In this document: positions 1 to 12,492 of the stretch, one piece after another
How positions within the stretch are numbered: the stretch's first letter is position 1
How the letters are laid out: each line of letters begins with the position of its first letter
Assembly (NCBI RefSeq): GCF_018977255.1
Contig: NW_024704771.1
Coordinates: 3,596,001 to 3,660,000 of the forward strand
Source of the DNA: Callorhinchus milii
Taxonomy: Eukaryota
DNA length: 64,000 nucleotides
Direction of reading: 5' to 3'
Position numbers and translations under genes: made by a program
The notes under the pieces: model-generated
Database searches by the model: none
The model's input: the letters and a program-made list of their open reading frames with translations, nothing else
Told to the model about the DNA's origin: nothing

Positions 1-317
1 CGTAGATATCCATCGTATTCCATCTGGAAAGCTAATGTGGATGCTATTATTGATATGGTTGATCTGGATATTACATAATGGTATACATTCACTATGAAAA
101 AACAAAATCCTCCTAATTTTGCCCTCAACTAACTATCTTAAATTAATATCCTCCCATCGCTTACCAACCAGTGGATATAATTTCTCCCCTATCGATTTCT
201 CAAAATTGAAGATTCCCTTCAACAATAACTTGTATTTTTGACTTCATGCAGTGCAGGGCTTGATACCAGCACAATACCAGCCAGGGAGAAGTGACCATAA
301 ATACAGGCACAACCTGA

Positions 318-621
318 ATAATAATAATAATAATCCTTGCATTTGATATAGCGCTTTTCACGTCGGGAGGACGTCCCAAAGTGCTTCACAGAACACACTG
401 TAAAGTGAATTGACTGTATATTTGTGGGCAGACGCGGCAGCCAATTGCGCACAGCAATGTCCCACAAAGAGTCGTAGATTGAAAATGACCAATTTATTGT
501 TGTTTTTGGTTTTGGAGGGATTATTATTAGGCTCTGTGTCAGGTTTCGCCCTGACCTGGAAATGAACTCGGGTCTCTCGCTTGCAAAGCGAGTGCTCTAA
601 CCACTGAGCTACAAGACTCCA
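318..621 (-). mobile_element. Young tRNA-derived SINE (~320 bp, L2-type tail)
   Basis: A box TAGCTCAGTGG, B-box-like element, 3' GGGACGTCCTCCCGACGTGAAAAGCGCTATATCAAATGCAAGG(ATT)n. Confidence 0.9.
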
Positions 622-1152
622 CGGGGAAGGAGGGGGCAAAGGAAGAGGGACGGGAGGGAAAGTTTTCTGGAGTTTCGGGGCATATTGGTTGAAAGAACGA
701 CCACTGATGGTGGAGCGGTGAGCACAAGGGGCAAAGCAGGGGGCCGGATCCAGCCGAGCAGTAGCAGCGGGTATTATGTTGGGCAGTATGTAGCATCATA
801 TTAATTTGTCTCTGGAGCCGAACGGCCCTTTTCCACACCAACTCATCTTGCGAAATCAAAATGAAAAATTACGATAGCGCTCTTGAAAGCGCTTCACGGA
901 ATATACTAGAGAGCGCACACTGTGTGCTGTGAGTTGACTGTGTATTTTGCGGGCGAAACGCAGAAGCCAATGGCGCACAACAATTGACAATAAATACCAT
1001 TTATTACTTTGTTATTTTTTTTGTTGTTGTGGCTGTTGGGCCCCGTCACCCACACACACCCCTTACCTTTGGACGCTAAGAGTGTGAAGTGCAGACCGAG
1101 CTGAGCTGTGGCTGTGCTATTGATGTGGCTGTGCAGTGGCTGTGCCGCTTAC

Positions 1153-1195
1153 CCTGAGGCGCCAGGAGGAGCAGGAGAGCGGCTGTGAGCAACAT
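1153..1195 (-). CDS. First coding exon (signal peptide MLLTAALLLLLAPQ-G) of a gene running off the left end of the window
   Basis: ATG at 1195, 14 hydrophobic codons, phase-1 donor CAGG|GTAAG at 1152, inside a CpG island; downstream exons uncertain (candidate acceptors at 333 and 91). Confidence 0.6.
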
Positions 1196-1199
1196 TCCC

Positions 1200-1630
1200 G
1201 CTGCCTGACTCCAGGGCGAGGGACAAGTCACAAGATGGCGCCCAACGGCAACTCCGCCCTTTTAACGGCCACAGTTCAAAACGAAAGACAAACAAAGCGG
1301 CGACTGGCGCCGCTGTCCGGCTCTCTGGCCCCCGCCCCGCCCCGCCCCGCCCGGGGGCCGCTCGCTCGGTAACGCCGACTCCGCCCGTTCCGCCGCCTTC
1401 AGTTCGGCTCCGAAGCCGCTTCTCCTTCGCCTCTGACAACGGTGTCAGTTTGTCCGCCTCCCGTCCCCCCCCGCGCTCACTCACTCACTGCGCAGGCGCC
1501 GCACCGCCCGTCCCTCCCGCGCTCACTCACTGCGCAGGCGCCGCACCGCCCGTCCCCCGCGCTCACTCACTGCGCAGGCGCCGCACGTGGGTATCGTGTT
1601 GCACGTCACAAATTCAGTGAGTCACGCCTC
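1200..1630. promoter_or_regulatory. CpG-island promoter with YY1, GC-box and NRF1-type motifs
   Basis: CpG-rich; CAAGATGGCG (YY1) 1231-1240; (GCCCC)n GC boxes ~1330-1352; TGCGCAGGCGC at 1489, 1531, 1571; CACGTG near 1584. Confidence 0.75.
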
Positions 1631-4268
1631 CCACACCCTGAGCCGCGCCCCCACACACTGAGCCACACCCCCCCACACACTGAGCCACGCCCTCACACAC
1701 TGAGCCACGCCCTCACACACTGAGCCACGCCCTCACACACTGAGCCACGCCCCCACACACTGAGCCACGCCCTCACACACTGAGCACGCCCCACACACCT
1801 GAGCCACGCCCCCACACACTGAGCCACGCCCTCACACACTGAGCCACGCCCTCACACACTGAGCCACGCCCTCACACACTGAGCCACGCCCTCACACACT
1901 GAGCCACGCCCTCACACACTGAGCCACGCCCTCACACACTGAGCCACGCCCTCACACACTGAGCCACGCCCTCACACACTGAGCCACGCCCTCACACACT
2001 GAGCCACGCCCTCACACACTGAGCCACGCCCTCACACACTGAGCCACGCCCTCACACACTGAGCCACGCCCTCACACACTGAGCCACGCCCTCACACACT
2101 GAGCCACGCCCTCACACACTGAGCCACGCCCTCACACACTGAGCCCCACCCCCTCACACAAGCCACACCCCCACACGAATACTAGCCACACCCACACACT
2201 GAGCCACACCCCCTCACACAAGCCACACCCCACACACACTGAGCCACGCCCTCACACACTGAGCCACGCTCTCACACACTGAGCCCCACCCCCAACACAC
2301 ACACTGAGCCACCCCCCCATCCCCCACACAGACACTGAGCCACGCCCTCACACACTGAGCCACGCCCCCACACTGAGCCACCCCCCCCACACCACCCCCC
2401 CACACACACACACACACACACACACTGAGCCACCCCCCGCATCCTGAGCTACAACCCCCCCCCACACACACACACACTCTGAGCTGCACCCCACATCCTG
2501 AGCCATGCCCCCATACCCTGGGCCAGAGGCGCACACACTGAGTCACGCCCCGACACACCGAGCCACGCCCCTCACACCGAGCCGTGCCCCTCACACCGAG
2601 CCGCGCCCCTCACACCGAGCCGCGCCCCTCACACCGAGCCGCGCCCCTCACACCGAGCCGCGCCCCTCACACTGAGCCGCGCCCCTCACACTGAGCCGCG
2701 CCCCTCACACTGAGCCGCGCCCCTCACACTGAGCCGCGCCCCTCACACTGAGCCGCGCCCCTCACACTGAGCCTCACACTGAGCCGTGCCCCTCACACTG
2801 AGCCGCTGCCCCTCACACTGAGCCTCACACTGAGCCGTGCCCCTCACACTGAGCCGCGCCCCTCACACTGAGCTTCACACTGAGCCGTGCCCCTCACACT
2901 GAGCCGTGCCCCTCACACTGAGCCGTGCCCCTCACACTGAGCCTCACACTGAGCCGTGCCCCTCACACTGAGCCGTGCCCCTCACACTGAGCCGTGCCCC
3001 TCACACTGAGCCGCGCCCCTCACACTGAGCCGCCCCTCACACTGAGCCGCCCCTCACACTGAGCCTCACACTGAGCCGTGCCCCTCACACTGAGCCGTGC
3101 CCCTCACACTGAGCCGTGCCCCTCACACTGAGCCTCACACTGAGCCGTGCCCCTCACACTGAGCCATGCCCCTCACACTGAGCCGCGCCCCTCACACTGA
3201 GGCCCCTCACACTGAGCCGCGCCCCTCACACTGAGCCGCGCCCCTCACACTGAGCCGTGCCCCTCACACTGAGCCGCGCCCCTCACACTGAGCCGTGCCC
3301 CTCACACTGAGCCGTGCCCCTCACACTGAGCCTCACACTGAGCCGCGCCCCTCACACTGAGCCATGCCCCTCACATTGAGCCGTGCCCCTCACACTGAGC
3401 CTCACACTGAGCCGTGCCCCTCACACTGAGCCATGCCCCTCACACTGAGCCGTGCCCCTCACACTGAGCCGTGCCCCTCTCACTGAGCAGTGCCCCTCAC
3501 ACTGAGCCGTGCCCCTCACACTGAGCCCTGCCCCTCACACTGAGCCGTGCCCCTCACACTGAGCCGTGCCCCTCACACTGAGCCATGCCCCTCACACTGA
3601 GCCGCGCCCCTCACACTGAGCCGCGCCTCTCACACTGAGCCCTGCCCCTCACACTGAGCCATGCCCCTCATAGCCATGTCATGAGCCATGCCCATGTCCC
3701 ACAGCCTAAGCCATGTCCCACAGCCTGAGCAAGCGCAGACACTGAGCCAGGCCCCCACACCCTGAGCAGCACCCCACCCCACACACACACACACTGAGTC
3801 ACCCCCACATCCTGAGCTACACCCCCCCCCCCACCCCCCCACACACACACTGAGTCATGCCCCACATCCTGAGCTATGCCCCCATACCCTGGATTACGCT
3901 GAGTCACGCCCCAACACACCGAGCCATGTCCCTCATACTGAGCCATGTCCCACAGCCTAAGCCATGTCCCACACCCTGAGCCATGCCCCACACCCTGAGC
4001 CATGCCCCACTCCCTGAGCCATGCCCCACTCCCTGAGCCATACCCCACACCCTGAGCCATGCCCCACTCCCTGAGCCATGCCCCACTCCCTGAGCCATAC
4101 CCCACACCCTGAGCCATGCCCCACTCCCTGAGCCATGCCCCACACCCTGAGCCATGCCCCACTCCCTGAGCCATGCCCCACACCCTGAGCCATGCCCCAC
4201 ACCCTGAGCCATGCCCCACTCCCTGAGCCATGCCCCACTCCCTGAGCCATACCCCACACCCTGAGCCA
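1630..4268. repeat. Compound minisatellite (VNTR) of ~20-bp units with CAC(A/C)CTGAGCC core
   Basis: Blocks of ctcacacactgagccacgcc (~1680-2140), ctcacactgagccgtgcccc (~2570-3660) and cacaccctgagccatgcccc (~3950-4265), mixed with (CA)n. Confidence 0.95.
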
Positions 4269-4326
4269 AGCTGACACACACTGTTACTACACAGATTCGA
4301 TTCCTGAGCAGGGCCAAACCTTAGGT

Positions 4327-4653
4327 AATAATAATAATAATAATCCTTGCATTTGATATAGCGCTTTTCACGTCGGGAGGACGTCCCAAAGCGCTTCACA
4401 CAACACACTGTAAAGTGAATTGACTGTATATTTGTGGGCGAACGCGGCAGCCAATTGCGCACAGCAATGTCCCACAAACAGTCGTAGATTGAAAATGACC
4501 AATTTAATTATTGTTTTTGGTTTTGGAGGGATTATTATTAGGCTCTGTGTGGAGTAAGGAAACTTGCCCCAAGGTTTCGCCCTCTGCCTGGAAATGAACT
4601 CAGGTCTCTCACTTGCAAAGCGAGTGCTCTAACCACTGAGCTACAGGACTCCA
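4327..4653 (-). mobile_element. Young tRNA-derived SINE
   Basis: Near-identical to copies at 26244, 27368, 33705, 35354 and 50087. Confidence 0.9.
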
Positions 4654-6187
4654 CAAGTCCTTCTACACGCCTCTGTTTACTTAGCAATAATTAGGAACAC
4701 AATTGTTAGTCGATTGGCGGATTGCTTTCCGAGGGTAATAATTCCTCTCCCCTCCCAATAAAACAACACCAATCCTTGCATTTGATACAGTGCCTGATCA
4801 CATCATCGAGACATCTCAAACACTTCACAGTATGTAAAGTGAATTGATTATATTTTGTTGGCGAAACACAGCAGTAGGTCCCACAATCAGTCGTGGAATG
4901 ATTGACCAAANTTTTTTTAAGGTATTATTGCTTCCAGAGAAGCAAAACAATAATCGACCAACAACTGGTGTGTGGAGCAAGGAAACTTGCCTAAGCTTTC
5001 GTCCCGCCCTGGAGTCAAACCTGGGTCCTCTCGGTTGCGAGCTGAGTGCTCTAATCAATACCCTACAAGATCCACATAATAATAGTTTGGTCACTCGATC
5101 CATGACTGTTTGAGGGACAATCCTGCATGCAAATCGCTGCCGCATTTCGCCCACAAAACATATACTCAAATTTACATATCCTATAACAACAACAACAAGA
5201 TTACATCTGTGTGGTCCCTTTCACATTGGGAGAACTTGCTTTGAGACATTTCAATTACATGATAAGGCCCTATATTAAATGCAAGGATTATTATCTGGTC
5301 TACACTGAATGATTATTTACAAGAAATGTCCTGATTGGATCTGAAATAGTTCACATTGAAAAGAATGAAGAGCAGCATGTCGCCACGTACTATATTGTAG
5401 GAACACTTTGTTAAGGAATGCACAGCAAAGCGATATGTTTTAAGATTGCTCAAGTTTTAGTAGAAGAACTTTGATTGTCACAAGACCTGATGAGCAGCAG
5501 TTTTCAAAAGTAAAAATAACTGAAAACTGAAACTGGATTTGAGCCAAAGCTGTAAGTTCCCAAATGAAATACAACATTCTCAGCACATGACAACAGAGAA
5601 CTTCAGAAATCTACAATAATGCTTACTATTTCATCTTTTCTTCCCCGTGGGTCTAAATCTGAGCAGGCACCCATACCCTGAGCCATGTCCCCACACCCTT
5701 GTCCTATCTTTCACACCGCCTCCACTTCGTCTCAGCAAATAGCTTCTCCTCCAGTCCTCACACCGTCTCATGCCCCCAAACCTGACTTGAGTTGTTGAGA
5801 CTTGCCTCAGAGGGAAAATCCATTTAGATGTATTGAATGATATACACTTAACCGGTTTAGCTACATTTCACATTCTTCTTTATCAAGTACCTATTTAACA
5901 ACAACATGCTCATGCGGAATAATGTCCCGGAGAACACCCACACGAAGGGTGCTATATTAATGCAAGTTGTTATCCAAGTTGTCTTCAAAACAATTGATGC
6001 GACTATGTCGTCTGGCAGAACATTCCACATTCTCACAATCCTGCATAGAAAAATTACTTTTAATCTCTTTGTTTATTCCTTTTTATCTGCTGTGCTAAAT
6101 TTGGCTGCTGAATTTCGCCCACAAAATGCAGTCAATCCACTTTACAGTATATACTGTCCTTGACTGGTTCAGGTCCTAGCATTCACT

Positions 6188-7273
6188 TCATCTCAGCAAA
6201 CGGCTTCTCCTCCAGCCCCGCACCGTCTCAGGGCTCTGTCCTTGGTTCCCCTCCTCTTCACCCTCTGCATGTTCCCCCTTGGTGACGTCATCCGCAAACA
6301 TGGGATAAATTTCCTCATGTATGCTCTGTCTCTCTGCCTCTACCCTCAACTCCAAGACTACTGGCGTCCTGTCCGACATCAAGTCCTGGATGAGGGATAC
6401 CTTTCTCCAACTGAACGTCAGCAAGACTGAGGCCCTCCTGATTTGCTCGCGCCAACGCCTCCGCACCTCGGGCACTGGCAGTATCAGCCTCCCCGGCTGC
6501 ACACTCAACCTCACTAAGCCGGTCAGGAACCTGGTGTCTTGTTTGATCCTGAACTGTCCTTTCTCCCCCACATTCTCGCCTTGACCGACACTGCCTACCA
6601 CCACCTCCGCAACATTGCCAGACTCCGCCACTACCTCACCCCTCAGGCTGCCCAAACCCTCACCCACACATTCATCACATCAAGGCTCGAGTATGGAAAC
6701 TCCCTCCTCATCGGCCTTCCCAACTCTTCCCTTCACAAGCTGCAGATCATCCAAAACTCTGCAGCTCCTGTACTCTTGTGTGCCAGCCTCCACGACTCCA
6801 TCACTCCCACCCTCGCCCGACTCCACTGGCTCCCCATCCCCCAGAGGATCGAGTTCAAGCTCCTTATCCTCACTTTCAAGGCCATCCATGGCCTTGCCCC
6901 CTCCTACCTCTCTGACCTGCTGACTCCCTACCAAACTGCCCGCGCTCTCCGTTCATCGGGCTCTGGCCTGCTCCATGTCTCCCGCCCAACCTGCCCTACC
7001 ATAGGTGGCCGGGGTTTCAGCCTCTCTGCCCCTACACTCTGGAACTCCAGCCCACAGTCCCTTCGCCTCCCTTCCTCCCTTGCCTCCTTCAAGGCTGGTC
7101 TCAAGACCCTCCTCTTCAATCGTGCCTTCTGTCGCCCTCCCACCTCTCTGCCTTCCCTCACTCCTACACCACCCCTAACCCATGCTCGGGTCCTGACCAC
7201 TGACTGTCCAGCAATTTGGGACGTCCTCCCGATGTGAAAATCACCCTATAAATGTAATTTGCTATTGTTGTTG
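6188..7273 (+). mobile_element. 5'-truncated L2-clade LINE (RT C-terminal part + 3' UTR)
   Basis: QGSVL.PLLFTL, FDPELSF, TSRLEYGNSLL, HWLPIPQRIEFK, LKTLLFNRAF motifs with frameshifts; (TTG)n tail. Confidence 0.92.
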
Positions 7274-7826
7274 TATTCTGTTGAAGCGATTTGAGATGTC
7301 TCAATGACGTGATAAGGCATTATATCAAACTCAAGGATTATTCTTATGATTATTATTGTTGAGATATGTGGGGTCCCATTGGATGGTACTCAGCTCCTGT
7401 TAATCCTACAAATCAAATGTAAGGATTCTTATTATATAAGTGCAATTTGTTAATATTGAAATCAGTCTATATTTGTCTGTTGGTTAATGACCACAACTGC
7501 TCCAAGTATGTTGGGTGCTGTGGTCTGCCTTTCTAGTCCAAGTCCAATGCTCCAGGCTGGGCTGTGCTGCCTCTGTTTTCCCAGAGAGAATCCAGTTGTT
7601 AGTCGATTGGCAGATCGCTTTCCAGGGGTAATAATCCCGTCGCTCCAAAAATGGGGTCACTCAATCGACAACTATTTGTGTTGTTAGAAAAGATTGGTTT
7701 TAATATAGTTTGTAAGAAGAGCAATAGAAGAATTAATGGTGAATATATATATATGCACATCAATACCCATGTATGCATGATGGTAGGAAACAGAATGAGA
7801 ACTAAACTGTTTTACTAACATTTTAG

Positions 7827-7837
7827 GAATTGGCAGA
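7827..7837 (+). other. Putative 11-nt microexon
   Basis: TACTAAC branch point 7813-7819, ttttag acceptor, GAATTGGCAGA, GTAAGC donor. Confidence 0.45.
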
Positions 7838-9035
7838 GTAAGCTATCTTGGTTCTGAAAGGCCATCGGTCAGTCAGTTGTGATGGTGAGAGAAGGCATAG
7901 AACAGGCTTGAAGAAGGGCCAAGAATTCTGCATTCCATGAGGGCACCCAAGTAAAACTAATCAGTATTCTGTGAACACATGCCGATCACGTTAAATGTTT
8001 CTACCAGACAGAGACGGACTCTGGCCTTGGAAGGGAGAAGCAAGATATCCTGTGTTGAAGAATAATGAGCAAGCTGCTTTGTCTCAAAAGGGGCTGCTTA
8101 TCAACAACAACAACAACAACAAAATTTCATTTATAGATCGCCTTTCACGTCGGGAGGACGTCCCAAGGCGCTGGACAGTTGGGTCAGGACCCGACTAGAA
8201 AATATGGGTACAAGGATGTGCAAGGATCGAGTATGTTGGGTACGCGCAAAGATACTTGATTGGAGAAGTGGGGAAGATCCCTAGGTGGAAAAAGTATAAC
8301 TATCCTGACTTTAGGCAAGTAAGACAGCAGATCCAGCCAGACATAGAGCGCAGCCGAACCATCGGAGAGATGGTGCTGAAACCATCGCAACCGACTGACT
8401 GCTCCAAAACTGGTAGTGTAAGTTCTGTTACTTGCAGTGAAAGTCTTATTTTACTAGTTTTGTTTGCGTTACTTTGATTAATAAATCTCGATTACACCTT
8501 AATTGGATTGTCGGGTCATTATTTGTACCTCGGGATCAAAGTGTGGAATTGGCTGCCATGTTTCGCCCACAAATATACAGTCGATTCACTTTTACACAAT
8601 ATTATGTGAAGCACCTTGAGACGTCTCAATGGCGCGATAAGGCACTACATCAGCTGCAAGGATTATTATCAACTGCTTTTACACAGTTTCTGTTCGAATG
8701 TTATGTTCTTAATTCATTCAATACCAAAAGAGGAAACGTAAAGTTTCCATAAGAGTAGGAATTGGGAAGTGTGATATTAGGAAATGTCATGGCCAAAACT
8801 GTAGAATGTACAAATTTATTTAGGGTCTTGTTTCACCCTCAACTGTCCTTTCTACGCCACATCCATGCCATGACCCACTCTGCCTTCCCCCACCTCTGCA
8901 ACGTCGCCCAGCTCCACCACTGCCTCTCTCCTCAGACCGCCAAAGCCCTCATCCACACATTTAATAATAATAATAATAATAATTTTTGCATTGGATATAG
9001 CGCTTTTCGAGTCGGGAGGACGTCCCAAAGCGCTT

Positions 9036-9610
9036 CCGGCGAGGAGGGCGTTAGAGCCGAGAGGTGACAAAGGCACGGACCAGGGTTTCAGCGGCTTTTG
9101 GGGAGAGGTATTGGCAGACCAAAACTAGAACTAAGTTGAGAAAAGATTTCTTCACTCAGAGGGTAGTGAAGTTATGGAATTCTCTACCCCAGAAGGCTGT
9201 GAATGTTCAGTCATTGAACATATTCAAGACTGAGATTGATAGATATTTTAAAACTAAAGGGATTACGGGATATGGGGATAATAATAATAAAATAATAATA
9301 ATCCTTGCATTTGATATAGCGCTTTTCATGTCGGGAGGACGTCCCAAAGCGCTTCACAGAACACACTGTAAAGTGAATTGACTGTATATTTGTGGGCGAA
9401 CGCGGCAGCCAATGGCGCACAGCAATGTCCCACAAACAGTCGTAGATTGAAAATGACCAATTTATTATTGTTTTGGGTTTTTTGGAGGATTATTATTAGG
9501 CTCTGTGTGGAGTAAGGAAACTTGCCCGAGGTTTGGCCCTCTGTCTGGATTTGAACTCAGGTCTCTCGCTTGCAAAGCGAGCGCTCTAACCACTGAGCTA
9601 CAGGACTCCA
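9036..9610. mobile_element. Chimeric L2 fragment + CR1 3' fragment + SINE; inverted near-identical copy of 35354-35935
   Basis: Same junctions and the same irregular tail GATAATAATAATAAAATAATAATAATCC in both copies. Confidence 0.85.
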
Positions 9611-10454
9611 CAATACACCTACGCTCAACTACACCAACTCCCTTCCCAACCCATTCCTCCACAAGCTGCAGATCATCTAGAACTCTGCAACTCATGTCCT
9701 CTCCTGCACCGGGCTCGTTAACCCTATCACCCCCGCCCTTGCCCAGCTGTATTAGCTCTCCATCCCTCAGAGGATAGAGGTCAAAATCCTCATCCTCGCC
9801 TTCAAGGCCTTCCAAGGACTTGCTCCTCCCTCCCTCTGTAACCTGCTAATCCTTATCATCCTGTCCACTCCCTCCACTCAGGAGGCTGTGGCCGCCTCCA
9901 TGTCCACCGCCCGGTCAGCCCCATCATCAGAAGCCAGGCCTTCAGCCTCTCTACCCCCACCCTTTGAAACTGGAGTCATCCCACTCAGCTCCCGTTAACC
10001 GGGCAAGTCAAAGCCCTAACAGGTAGGAAGTGTGGTCCTAGCTGGACAAGCAGCAGGAAGGCTTGCCACAGACGGTGATATCCATTCGCTGGTTCAACTC
10101 CACCCGAAATTATACGAATAATAAATTCTAAAATTAAAAATAGGAATTTCGCAGTTAAGCAGAACAGCACAGAAAGAACGTGGTAAGGAATAAGTTCGGT
10201 TTAATCTCGTTTGCAGAAGTTACAGTTAAATACAGTAAATGTCATCAGTTTCGAGTGAGATGAACATCGACAACAAATTGCATTTCCACAGCACTTTTCA
10301 CTTGGGCTTCTCACTGCTATTAAATAAAAACTGACCACAGCCAGGCGTGGTATACATTTGGATTCTCCCTGACTGCTGTTTGTATTCCACTAAGTTTTGG
10401 GGGGAAAATGTCTCTGGTTTTACTTTTAATCTTGTTTAATCAGGTCGTACCTTT

Positions 10455-11667
10455 CTCACCGTCTTCATTTCGTCTCGACGAATGGCTTCTCCTCCACCCC
10501 CCGCACTGTCTCATGTGGTGTCCCTCAGGGCTCTGTCCTCGGTCCCCTCCTCTTCACCCTCTATATGCTCCCCCTGTGGTGACATCATCCGCAGACATGG
10601 AGTTAACTTCCACATGTATGCGGATGACACCCAACTCTACCTTTCCTCCTCTACTCTCAACTCCACGACCCCCGATGTCCTGACAGCTGCCTGTCCGACA
10701 TCGAGTCCTGGACGAGAGACAACTTTCTTCAGCTCAACGTGCGAAAAACCGAGGCCCTCCTGATTGGCTCACGTCAGCGCCTCCGCACCTCAGGCGCTGA
10801 CACCATCAGCATCCAAGGCTGCACTCTCCACCTCGCAAAGCCAGTCAGGAACCTCGGCGTTTTGTTCGACCCTGAGCTGTCCTTTCTCCCTCACATCCGC
10901 ACCACAACTGGCACCGCCTTCCATCACCTCCGGAATATCGCCAGACTACGGCACTACCTCACCCCTCACGCTGCTGAAACTCTGGTCCACGCCTTTGTCA
11001 CCTCAAGGCTGGACTATGGGAACTCTCTCCTCGCCGGCCTTCCCGCCACCTCCCTCCACACTGCAGGTCATTCAGAACTCTGCAGCTCGTGTACTGTCCC
11101 GCACCAGACACCGCGACCACATCACTCCCACCCTCGCTCGCCTCCACTGGCTCCCCATCCCCCAGAGGATTGATTTCAAGATCCTCATCCTCACCTACAA
11201 GGCCATTCACGGCCTTGCTCCCTCCTACCTCTCCGACCTACTATCCCCCTACCTACCTGCCCGTACCCTCCGTTCCTCTGGCTCCGGTCTGCTCCACGTC
11301 CCCCGCCCCAACCGCCCTACCATCGGTGGTCGGGCCTTCAGCCTCTCAGCCCCCAGGCTCTGGAACTCTATCCCCCAGTGCCTTCGCCGCTTCCTCCCTT
11401 TCCTCCTTCAAGGCCGGTCTCAAAACCTTTCTCTTTGACCGAGCCTTCAGCTCCCCTCTCGACTCTCTTCCCTCTCCTCGCTCCCTCCCTTCCCTCCCCT
11501 TACCCTGACCATTTCCCCCTCCTCGCTCCCTCCCTTCCCTCCCCTCACCCTGACCATTTCCCCCCTGCTCGGGTCATGACCCAACTGTGCAGCGCCTTGG
11601 GACGTCCTCCTGACGTGAAAGGCGCTCTATAAGTGGAATCTTGTTGTTGTTGTTGTTGTTGTTGTTA
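10455..11667 (+). mobile_element. 5'-truncated L2-clade LINE
   Basis: [23 protein letters not shown] catalytic motif, RNLGVLFD, HWLPIPQRIDFK; (TTG)n tail. Confidence 0.95.
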
Positions 11668-12189
11668 CCATTTCTTGTTAATTCATTATTATTTACATGT
11701 TGTTTTTGACTGTTCTTAACTGGACTTTCCATCATCTGTTGTCGCATAACATGGTTAAACATATCATAAACAATTGTATTAAAATCAAAATTCCCCAAAT
11801 ACACAAAAGTGACTGAATTCATAACCTGACAAAAAAAGCAAAGGACAGACAGCTGTAGCCACATCTCTGCTCATCCCAAGCATTATTAATTATTATTATT
11901 TTTTGACATAGTTCTTTTCCTGTCTAGAATACTTGAAAAGCGCGACATCAAGTGCAACGATTGTTATTATTACTACTACTATACTATCGAGACGTCACAA
12001 TATATTGTAATGGGTAGTGACTGTGTATTTTGGGGGTGAAATGTAGCAGCCAATTGCACACAGCAGTGTCCCACAAACAGTCATGGATTGAGTGACCAAA
12101 TTATGATTTTTTTTCGGTTCCAAACTGGTACTTTTCTCTACATGTTTGTCCCCCTGTTTACAATTTTTCATCGTATGTCCCATTTTACC

Positions 12190-12492
12190 ACAGTTCTGTC
12201 ACTCTATTTTGGATCTACATTCAGGACTAATGTGTCCCCGTTTACCATATCGATGACACACTTGTGGTTTTGTTACAGGATTAGAGTTCATTCCTTTAAC
12301 TTTGCCCCTTCTACATGTACAGTGAGTACCGTCCTGAGCATGACACATCTGACATCCCTCATCGCTGATAAATCTCGTTTGCACCCTCTCCAAGGCCCTG
12401 ATATCCTTCCTGAAGTGTGGTGCCCAGAATTGGACCGAATACGCTATCTGAGGCCCAACCAGTGATTTGCAAAGACTCAACATGATTTCCAA
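12190..12492 (-). mobile_element. CR1 LINE RT fragment
   Basis: SLVGPQIAYSVQFWAPHFRKDIRALERVQTRF. Confidence 0.85.

Noticed and set aside
219-333. Exon-like GCACIYGHFSLAGIVL sharing TATTTATGGTCAC with the retrocopy C-terminus
   Set aside because: Only a 13-nt match, acceptor abuts a SINE tail, no good donor; could be chance
1630-4268. CRISPR-like array
   Set aside because: Contiguous tandem units without unique spacers, in vertebrate DNA
3668-4477. 269-aa and overlapping Gly/Trp-rich ORFs
   Set aside because: Translation of the minisatellite plus a SINE
11665-11827. Minus-strand exon-like segment with a hydrophobic frame (SLLCIWGILILIQLFMICLTMLC)
   Set aside because: Good acceptor, but the hydrophobic frame has stops and no linked exons were found
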